From Leucoraja erinacea (taxonomy: Eukaryota): 64,000 nt of DNA. This document shows, in pieces, positions 13,001-24,200 of the stretch. The notes under the pieces are model-generated. The model had not been told where the DNA came from. It saw only the letters and a list, made by a program, of their open reading frames with translations, and did not search any database. Location: the NCBI RefSeq assembly GCF_028641065.1, contig NC_073391.1, positions 34,782,001-34,846,000 on the forward strand, read 5' to 3'. Position numbers and translations under genes: made by a program. Numbering within the stretch: the first letter of the stretch is position 1; each line of letters begins with the position of its first letter.

Positions 13001-16000
13001 GCCTTCTCCCCATAACCCCTGACACCCGTTTGCTATTGCATTTCGTTGTCTCTGTACTGTACACTGACAATGACAATTAAAATTGAATCTGAATCTGACC
13101 CGTTCGATGACGGTGTATAGTACTGTGTGTTGTTACAGAGCCGGTGTAGAAGCCTTTGTTCTCCTGTCTGATAGTGCGGCCCCACACAAACTGAATCAGA
13201 GGTTGCCGATCAAAGCCCCACCTTCTCCGATTCAGACAATCACCCCCCCCCCCCCCAATACCCCAGCACCACTAATACCATCAACCCGAGTCAGTGAATC
13301 ACAGCATCCCTGCCGCGCGAGGCCATTCTGCCCATCGGATCCATGCTGACTGACCTGGCCTGGTCCCGTCCTCGCTCCACGATGATGTTATCAGCGCCGA
13401 GCTGAGGGCTGAAGATGTTGACCACACTGTTGTCCCAGAGGAACTTCACTTTGGTGACGTCTCCAACGTCTAACTCCACGTCCAGAAGGGAGGTGTAGGT
13501 GGTCCCGGGGTGGAGCTTGGTCCTGAAGCCACACAGACGCCAGACAGTGTTAGTTCACCCATCCTACATCCCCGCCCAGACAGAGACGTAGAATCACACA
13601 ACACAGAAACACCTTGCACTAAATGTGCACCTTTCCACTAGATGTTGTATCCTATATCCTGTATCTGTATACTGTGGGTGGCTTGATTGTTATCAGCAAT
13701 AGTCTTTTCTTTGACTGGATAGCACACAACAAAGGCTTTTCACTGTACCTCGGTACACATAACAATAATAAAGTAAACTAAGTGGGCAGCACAGTCGTGC
13801 AGCGGTAGAGTTTACTGTCCCGCTTAGGAAACCTGAACGGAAACCTCTGGAGACTTTGCGCCCCATCCGAGGTTTCCGTGCGATTCCCGGAGGTTCCCGG
13901 AGGTTTTTGTCAGTCTCTCTACCTGCTTCCACTACCTGCAACCTCCGGGAACCGCACGGAAACCTTGGGTGGGGCGCAAAGTCTCCAGAGGTTTACGTTC
14001 AGGTTTCCTAAGTGGGACAGGGGCATTACTACATTACAGCACCAGAGACAGGAGGAAGACTGGCCAAATGTTGTGCCTTCCACCACAGTGATGAATGCTG
14101 TGGTGGATGTTTATGTTAAATTTTTATTGTGTTTCTGTGTGTTCTTTTTCATTGTACCGCTGCTGGCAAATTCATTTCACTTGCTCTTTTTGTGCAAGTG
14201 ACGAATAAAACCGATTGACTGATTGATTGATTGATTGATTGATTGAGACCCGGGTTCGATCCTGACCTCAGGTGCTGTCTGTGTGAAGTTTGCCTGTGCT
14301 CCCTGTGACCACGTGTGTTTCTCCAGAGTTTCCTCCCACATCACAGACATACATGTTTGTGGGTTAATTGGCTTTGGTAAAATTGTAAATTGTCCCGAGT
14401 GCGTAAGATAGAACTAGTGTCTGGGTGATCGCTGGTCGGCATGGACTCGGCAGGCCGACGGGCCTGTTCACACGCTCTTTCATTAAAGTAAACTAAACTA
14501 AACTAAACTAAACTGGCCCGTTGGTCCAATGAAACCTGGCCGACCAAAAAGCATCATCTAAGTTAGTCTCATTTGCCTGCACCAGCCCATATCCCTCTAA
14601 ATCTTTCCTATCCACATGTAGCTAGCGGGTAACATAGGTGGTGAGAGCAGGGATTGAGGGGGGTGGATCTAAGATGCCAGAACTAATTGTTGAGTCTTCC
14701 CGAAGTGTCATGGGCCTAACTCAATGAAACACCTGTGAAGGCAGGTGCCCACTTGATAATCCCAATGATATACTGGCATCTACACGCCTCTGTTTTGTTT
14801 CTTTGCTGACGTGCAGATAGATTATTACTGAATATGAACTTAGTTATTGTCCTATAGCATAAGTGTGTATAGGTAGATTAGATACTACTTTGGCATAGGC
14901 TTGGTTTTCTTGGTTGAGCGCTTATCCTGGTGTCATAGCACGTACATTGTGTTTTAACAGCAATTTAACAAATGCCAGTGTTATAATAAAGAGAGGTTAT
15001 CTAATAAAGTGTCAGAACACATTAATTAAGGTCAGAATGCTGTACTGAAGGCCAGCCAGGCTAATAAAGTGAGGTTTTAATCAAGCTGTTGCGAGGCTGT
15101 TGCTTACTTTGTGACGAGGTGCTGTCGAGAGATGCCCTTGGTGCCGTACAGTGCAACGTTGATGCGACCTGACACCGAGTGAGAGCCGGAGAGTTTCACC
15201 GATACTTTATATCGCCAGACTGTGGAGAGAGAGACCACTGTCAGGCACCGCGCGGGAGGGACAGAGCACGGGCTGTGTGGGGAGAGCGGGTGGGCTGGGA
15301 AGGGAGCGGAGCTGGGTAGAAGGGGAGGAGTGTGGGGCATGGAGGGGTGGGGGAATGAGGGGTGGGGAGAGGGGGAGTGGAGTGCAGGGAGAGAGAGGGA
15401 GGGTGGGGAGCAGGGGTGTGGGGTGAATGGGAGTGTGTGGGGAGAGAGGGATGGGGGGAGAGGGGAGATTGGAATGTGGGGAGAAAGGGGGGGGTGGGGG
15501 GGAGCAGGGGTGTGGGGTGAAGGGGGGTGTGGGGAGAGCAGGAGTGCGGGAGAGGGGAGAGTGGAGTGCACGGAGAGTGGGGGAGCAGGGGTGTGGGGAG
15601 TGGGGGAGGAGTGGGGGAGAGGGGGAAAGTGGGGGGGAGAGGGGGAGGGGTGGGGGGGAAGGGGGACGGTGGGGAGAGGGGGAGGGGGGAGACGGGTGGA
15701 GAGAGGGGGGGAAGGGGTGGGGGAGCTGGATTGTGGGGAGGGGAGTGTGGGGGAGAGAGGGGAGTGTGGGGGGAAGAGGGGGGAAGTGGGGGGAGGGGGA
15801 GGGGGGGGAAGTGTGGGGAAGGGGGAAGTGTGGGGGGAGGGGGGAGTGGGAGGGGAGTGTGGGGGGAGGGGGGGAGAGGGGAAGTGTGGGGGAAGGGGAG
15901 GAATGCTGGGGAAGAGACTGCAGGAGTGGGATTGGATGGGGTATTGGATGCAGTATATTAGACAGGGTGATTGGTTGGGGACGATTACATGGGGGTATAT

Positions 16001-18231
16001 TGTACATTGCGGTGAATGGATGGTGGTGGTTACAGGTTGGGGGGGTGTGAGTGACTCACGTGCGTATGGACTGGACTCGCCACTGTTCAGGTAGAAGGTC
16101 TGATGCAGGAGCCATGGGTCCGGGCGATACGTGCCCATGTCGTACCCCATGGATGGGCAGCCTCCCGCTGGGCATGCAAAGCACTCCCCCTGAAACACAC
16201 CCACGTGTGGTTACAACCGGCGCACCACAAGACCCTCCCCGTAACATGTCCCTGGTGCAGAGAACAATCCCAAATACCAATAGGGGGCCTGAGGACCCCA
16301 TGCTGTTAAGGGACATGTCATTAACTATAAACTTTCCCATTACATTCGACCTGCCAAAGTGCAACACCTCACACTTGCTCGGAGTAAACTCCATCTGCTA
16401 TTTACCTGCCACCATCTCTAACCGGTCTATAACTCATCAGCTCGTCCAAACCCACTACCTGCTCCCTCGACCCTCTCCCCACTCCCCTGCTGAAGTCCTG
16501 CCTCCCCGTTCTCTGCCCCTACCTCACTAATCTCTTCAACTCCTCATTGTCCCAAGGAATTGTCCCCTCCGCTATCAAAACTGCTGCTGTCACACCAATC
16601 TTAAAGAAACCTGGTCTTGATCCCTCCTCTCTCATTAACTACTGCCCAATCTCAAACCTTCCCTTTCTTTCAAAAACCCTGGAGCGTATCGTTGCGTCGC
16701 AACTTCATTCCCACCTCCTTGAGTATAACCTACTTGAACCCCTCCAATCTGGCTTTCGCCCCCTCCATTGCACAGAAACTGCTCACCTCTGCTGACACTG
16801 GTTCCCTCAACATCCTCATCCTCCTCGACCTGAGCGCAGCCTTCGATACAGTGAACCATAACATCCTGCTCACCAGACTCAAAGACCTCGGCATTGAAGG
16901 CTCTGCACTCAGCTGGCTCTGTTCCTACATTTCCAACAGATCCCACTTCATCTCTCTCCACAACCACACCTCTGCTACAGCCACAGTCACTCAAGGCGTT
17001 CTCCAAGGCTCCGTACTCGGCCCCCTCCTCTTCATCATCTACATCCTCCCCCTTGGTCAGATACTCCGCCACTTCAACCTGGACTTCCACTGTTACGCTG
17101 ACGACACCCAGATCTACCTCGGCACCAAATCCCCCCACACCCCCCCACNNNNNNNNNNNNNNNNNNNNNNNNNNNNNNNNNNNNNNNNNNNNNNNNNNNN
17201 NNNNNNNNNNNNNNNNNNNNNNNNNNNNNNNNNNNNNNNNNNNNNNNNNNNNNNNNNNNNNNNNNNNNNNNNNNNNNNNNNNNNNNNNNNNNNNNNNNNN
17301 NNNNNNNNNNNNNNNNNNNNNNNNNNNNNNNNNNNNNNNNNNNNTCATAGGCTCCAAAGCCACACTCAGCAAAATCAATAACCCCACTCTCACCATCGAC
17401 GGCACCACTGTCTCCCCATCTCCCCAGGCCCGCAACCTTGGCGTGATCTTCGATTCCACCCTCTCCCTTGAGCCTCACATCCGCCATGTCATTAAAACCT
17501 CCTTCTTTCATCTCCGCAACATCGCTAAACTCAGACCCTCTCTCACACCTCCCGCTGCTGAAAGACTCATCCATGCCTTCATCTCCTCCCGACTGGACTA
17601 CTGCAACTCACTTCTCCTTGGCATCAGCTCCACCTACATCAACCGACTCCAACTGGTCCAGAACGCAGCTGCCCGACTCATCACCCACTCCAAATCCTGG
17701 CATCACATCACTCCAGTCCTCAAACAACTTCACTGGCTTCCCATCTCCCACCGGATCAACTACAAAATCCTGATCCTCACCTACAAAGCCCTCCACCATC
17801 TGCCCCCCCCATATCTCACTGACCTCCTCTCCCCCTACCAACCCTCACGGTCCCTCAGATCCACTTCAGCCGGTCTCCTCTCCATCCACAAGTCCAACCT
17901 CCGCAGTTTTGGGGACAGAGCCACCTCCAGGGCAGCTCCCAGGCTCTGGAACTCCCTCCCCCAACTGATCCGCAATTCCGTGTCCCTCACCATCTTCCAG
18001 TCCCGCCTCAAGACCCATCTCTTCACCTCTGCCTATCCTTAGCCCCACGTCCCCCTCCCTTTTCATCTGTGCATTAATTGCCTCATATTGTGTTTTGTAT
18101 TGAATTCTGTCTTTGCTTTGTGTACTAGTCATGTCTCTACTATTTATTTCATTCCCCTTACATGTTTTTCCTCTACCTTCTTAATTTTTGTAAGGTGGCC
18201 TTGAGACTCTTGAAAGGCGCCCATAAATAAA

Positions 18232-18266
<35 letters not shown>

Positions 18267-21200
18267 CCTGCTCTATCCTTTGATGGCCTTCCTCACTGCG
18301 TTTTGCAAAGTTGCAACATCACATCCCAACGTTTGCATTCTCTGCCCCAACCTGTGAATGCAAGCTTAGAATAGTCACCACCCTATCAATATTTGTTGTC
18401 ACTTTCCGGGAAGAGTGGACTTGGCCCCAAGCTCCCTCTGTTCATCAACTTTCCACTTCTTCTTCTTTCGTGTGGCGTGCACAGCCTAAAGTTGTAGGTC
18501 AACTTGTTCTATTTGATCTTCCGTTTGCGCACGTCGAGTTGATTGCATTAGCCGAAACAGGGCGGGCCACGTGAAGGTTGCAATCTTCCACCCCAACTTT
18601 CCACTGTGTTCCAGCATTTACCAGGTATGTTGCACCATCTACCATGCATGTCCTGCCCCATATCTGACTTCTCGAATTGCACAAAGTCACACTTGTCAGG
18701 ATTAAACTCTTTCTGCCAACTCTCTGCCCAACTTTCCATCTGATCTGTACGCTGCTGAAGTCTTGGCCATCCATCACACTATCCACAACCACCACTTCCA
18801 CGTCATCCACTAACCTACCAGCCGGACCTCCCTGCATTCAATTTATTAAATGCATCTCACAAGGGTCCCAGCGCCGAACCCTACGGTACTCGACTGGTTA
18901 AAGACTTCCAATCAGAAAAGCATCCTTCTAACACCACACTCTGCCCCCAATCACCAAGCCAGTTTTGGATCCAATTAGCTGGCTCTCCTTGGGCACCATG
19001 TCACCCTCTTGAGCAGCCTGCCACGTGGGACCTTGTCAAATGCCTTACTAAAGTCCACACAGGCAACAGCGACCACCCCACATTCATCAATCTATTTTGT
19101 TGCCTCAAAATAAAAGGATGTGCCTTTAGAAAGAAGATGAGGAAGAATTTCTTTAATCAGAGGGGGGCGAGTCTGTGGAATTCATTGCCACAGACGGCAG
19201 TGGAGGCCAAGTCTTTGGGCATTTTTAAAGCGGAGGTTGACAGGTTCTTGGCTAGCCAGGGTGTCAAAGTTTACAGGGGTTGAGAATGGAACCTTTCCGA
19301 CCCAAAACACCAGGAAGAAGGGCTCCGACTCAAAATGTCACCTATTCTTCTTTTCCGGAGATGCTGCCTGACCCACTGAGTTACTCCAGCACTTCGTGTC
19401 TTCTTATGAACGCACGAACCTCCTCATCAAACTCAGTCAGATTAGAGAGGCAGGATTTCCCTGCACAAGCACTATTACTGTACCGTCTCCATATAGTGGG
19501 GATAATACTATATATTATATATCGCCTATAAATACTATCCTTGAGGATTCTCCCAGTAGTTTCCCCATCACTGATAAAGCCTCGCTGGCCTGCAGTTATC
19601 TGGTGGATCCAAACTGCTCTTCTTATATAAAGGAACGACATTAGGCATCCTCCAGCCTATGCACTGGTGTTTCAATGGCCCAGGTTTTTTATTCCAGTGT
19701 GTCACTTTATCTGCTGCCTGTCACTGAAATCTTCCCGAAATCTTCCCCTACAACCTTACCTGCCGGGTGGGGAGCGGAGCGGAGCGGGTAGAGGTGCGGG
19801 AAGGAAGATGGGGAGCTGAGCAGGGGGAGAGATGGGGGTGCTCAGGGAGTGAGCACCTGCTCTTGTTCTGCAGAGCCAGATAGCTCACATGCACCGCCTT
19901 GTGGTGATGAGAGGGACAGCTGGCTAAAACGTGCCCACTGCTGAATGATTGGGAAACTGTTCATTAGATGTTCCATGTATCAGGAAGAGAAAGTTGCAAA
20001 TTCTTAAATGTGTCTACCCTTGCTGTGTGCATGTGTGAACGTGCATGTGGTGTGTGTGAGCATGTGTGTGTAAGTAAACGTGTATGCCTGTACGTGTGTG
20101 GGGTATGTGTCAGGTCAAGTTCATTGTCATACGCACAGGTACCGTGACGTACAGGTATAATGAAACTCTTGCTTGCAGCAGCATCACAGGCACATGGACT
20201 CAGACACACATAAACATAAATTATAGATACATTCTACAAGACAATGAAAAGAAAAAGACTGCAAAAAAAAGATGTTAGTGCAAACACAATTAGAAAACAA
20301 GTCCCGGTAGTGCAAAAGGTGCATTGCCAATGTGGGATTAGAGCGAGATGACTGGTACTGGGCTATTGATCTGGTTACTACGGTGGACTGTCTAACTCTG
20401 GCTGTTGCCTGGGTTACTGTGGTGGGGTGACTGTGAGTGAAAGTGTTTTCCTTCTGTACTTACTGCCCGAAACTTCTTGTCGGTGGCGCACGGAAAGGCC
20501 ACAAACCCGTCCGGTGACCCAACACTCTCGGTGAAATACTTAACGGCTCGCAGATGGTTGCAGTGGAGAAAATTCATTGAGCCTGTGGGGGACAAAACCA
20601 ACGTCGCTTCATAGATGCTCAACTGAGGCCCAGATCAACGAGGAGACGTCGCAGACGTGGGAGAGACTTGTGAGGGAACGGCGCCCTGCGTGACTCTCAG
20701 AATATTGCAGCAAATATTAAAGTAATTCTGGCAAAGTGAGGCGTTGCACCTCGGTGCGTCAAACTAGGGCAGGGCTTACACAGTGATCGGCCAAGCCCCG
20801 GAGAGTGTTGTAGGTACACGATTCCCTGACAGTGGTGAGTCGGGTGGACAGGGTGGTGACGCTTGCATTCATTGGGAAGGCTGTAAGTACGAAACTACTA
20901 TCTACCTCAATGGAGACCATTGGACCTTCTTTGATCGGGTTTCGCTGACATTATCTTGCACTAAACGTTACTTACATTATTCCCTTTATACCTTATCTGT
21001 TCACAGTGAATAGCTCGATTGGAATCATTTGCTGGCTGGTCAGCGCGCAACAAAAGTTTTTCACTGCACCCCGGAATAGGTGACGATAAACTAAACTCAC
21101 TCAACTCATAAAAGTTGGGACATAATGATGCAGCTGCACGAGTCTTTGGTAAGACCACACTTGGAGTACTCTGTGTAGTTCTTTTCGCCCATTATTGAAG

Positions 21201-24200
21201 TATACAAGATCATGAGGGGCCATAAATGGTATCAGGACCTGGTAACGGGAGGTAAAACAACAAAGGTTACACAAAAAAGCTGGAGAAACTCACCGGGTGC
21301 CGCAGCACCTACGGAGTGAAGGAAATAGGCAACGTTTCGGGCCGAAACCCTTCTCCAGACTGATCGGGGACGGGGGTGGGCGGGGACAAGAAAGGGAAAA
21401 GGAGGAGGAGCCCGAAGGCTGGGGGATGGGAGGAGACAGCAGGGGGGCTGAGGAAGGGGAGGAGACAGCAAGGACTAACAAAATTGGGAGAATTCGATGT
21501 TCATGCCCCCCGGGATGCAGACTCCCCAAACGGAATATGAGGTGCTGTTCCTCCAATTTCCGGTGCTGCTCGCTGTGGCCATGGAGGAGACCCAGGACAG
21601 AGAGGTCGGAGACGGAGTGGGAGGGAGAGTTGAAGTGCTGAGCTACCGGGAGGTCAGCTTGGTTATTGCGGACCGGGCGGAGGTGTTCGGCGAAACGATC
21701 GCCCAACCTCCGCTTGGTCTCACCGATATAGATCTGCTGACATCTAGAGCAGCGGGACGCAATAGATGAGGTTGGAAGAGATGCAGGTAAACCTCTGTCG
21801 CACCTGGAACGATTGCTTGGGTCCTTGAACGGAGTCGAGGGGGGAGGTAAAGGGACAAGTGTTGCATCTCTTGCGGTTGCAAGGGAAAGTGCCCGGGGAG
21901 GGGGTGGTACGAGAGGGAAGGGAAGAAGTGACAAGGGAGTTATGGAGGGAGCGGTCTTTGCGGAAGGCAGATATGGGGGGAGATGGGAAGATGTGGCGAG
22001 TGGTGGGGTCACGTTGGAGGTGGCGAAACTGACGGAGGATTACTTTTTGTATGTGACCGCTGGTGGGGTGAAAGGTGAGGACTAGGGGGACTCGGCCCTT
22101 GTTGCGAGGGTGTCAGTGGCTGGGTATAGGTTGCCCACCTATAGGTTATAGGTAAAACAACAAAAACAGACTTGGTTGGTAGTCCCCTTTCTGCAGAGTT
22201 TAATGGTATAATAGAGCGATTGTTCCTATTTTCTTTTTCTTTCTTTTCTAGGGTCTACTTTCTCACTTTACTTCCTTCTCTAACTTCTTTTCTAAGGGGC
22301 TTTCTTTTCCCAACACTCTTGCACTTCACGACTCTTGCGCACTTTCTTTACTTTCTTTACTTCTATCTTTTTCTTAAAGATCAAAAAAAAAATGAAGCGG
22401 TACAAAAAATGTATTAAGGTATATGTGCTGTGCAGTATTGTAATTTACCGTACTTCTAATAAAAATAAAATTAAAAAAAAGATCATGAGGGGCGTGGGTA
22501 AAGTGAACGCTCACGTTTCACGTCTTTTCCCCAGGGTGGATGATTCTAGATGAAACTAGAGGGTACAGCCTAAAGGTGAGGGGGGAGAGATTTAAGTGAG
22601 ACCTCATGGAGCCACTTTTTCCACACAGAGTGGAACCTCTGTCTGGAATGAGCTGCCAGAGGAAGCTTTCGAAGTGGATACAACACTTTTTAAACATTTG
22701 GACGAATATATGGATTGGAAATTATATGGGGGATATGGCCAAGTTAGAGTACTCGGTCAGCATGGACAAGGTGGGCCGAAAGGTCTAGCTCTGTACAGCT
22801 CTGTGAATAATTTACACACATGTAACCCACTCACATGAGGTACTGCAGAGGGAGCCGTTTCTAACGAGCGGTGAGCCATGTGCTTTACTTAAAGGGCCCG
22901 TGTTCCTGTGGAAATCACAGAATACAGTGCCACGTGCTCTGGGCTACTGTAACCCCCACAAGATACGTTAATTGACTTCTCTGTAGATACATTGTGTAAG
23001 AAGGAACTGCAGATGCTGGTTTAAACCGAAGCGTATCTATTCTCCAGGGATGCTGCCTGCCCCGCTGAGTTACTCCAGCTTTTAATGTTCTCTGTACATG
23101 GTGGACATTCTGGTGGAGAACACGGTGCTTCTGGTGGAACCTCTCCAGACACAAGCCATGATGGGGTCTCATCCCATGGAGTGATACCTGGACTCCACCC
23201 CCCACCCCACCCATCTCCAAATCCCCCTACCCCCCCCCCCCCCACCCCCACGCCTAAACTCCCCACCATCGCCCGTCATTCACCTTCCCAGATCCCATCC
23301 ATGTCCAGTATGGTGGAGAGCAGGTTCTTGGAGCAGCCCGGCATGTTCTCACCGCCATTCGGGTAGAAGTCCACGTGCCCACAAGGGAAGGTCATCCCAT
23401 ACCCTGTGACAGAGGCAGCCAGTCATCCAAGCCCAAGCAAAGGCAACATTCGCCCCACACCTCCCCCCCCCCCCCCCCACATTGTATCTCTTAGTGCCAT
23501 TTCGCGGTGCATTCGTTCATTTTACTGTTGTCTCTTACTCTGCTATTCCTCCCATCTCCCGTGCTGTTACTGATTCTCTTCCTTGTTCATTCTACCTTTC
23601 CTGCTCTCCTCGCCATTCTCTCTCACTCTCTCTCTCTCTGGTTGTCCCTCAACCTGTCCCCACTCGCCCACTGTTTCTCACCGTCTCACTTTTCATCTCA
23701 CCCCGCACATATTTCTCCCAATCTTCCCATTTTTCACCGTTTCACTTATTTCCTTTCCTCTCCTCCATGCTCTCTCTCCCTCTCACACGTTCTTTCCCTC
23801 TCTGTCTCTTACACTCACACACGCTATCTCTCTCTTTCTCACGCACACTTTCTCTCTCTCACTGTTTCTCGCTCACACCCATTCTCTCCCACACGTTCTC
23901 TCTGTCTCTCATTATTTCGCTCTCTCCTACACTTTCAGTCTCACACTCTCTCTCTTTCTCTCTCTCTCTTTCTCTCGGTATCACACTTACTCTCACACTT
24001 TCTCTCACGCTCACATACTTCCTCACTCTCTCTTACACACTAACTCTCTGTCTCTCTCTTTCACACACACTGTCTCCATCTCCATCTCCATCTCCCTCTC
24101 CGACATAGAAACATAGAAACATAGAAAATAGGTGCAGGAGTAGGCCATTCGGCCCTTCTAGCATGCACCGCCATTCAATATGATCATGGCTGATCATCCA

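Noticed and set aside
15104-16204. 366-aa Pro-rich, extensin-like ORF and overlapping Gly-rich ORFs
   Set aside because: Read-through of a low-complexity intron linking two real lipase exons; splice sites delimit the true exons.
16617-18042. Long reverse-transcriptase ORFs as a host gene or retron-like system
   Set aside because: L2 LINE with frameshifts; ORF length inflated by the N gap.
23482-24116. Ser/Leu-rich membrane-like ORFs
   Set aside because: CT/CA microsatellite-like sequence.
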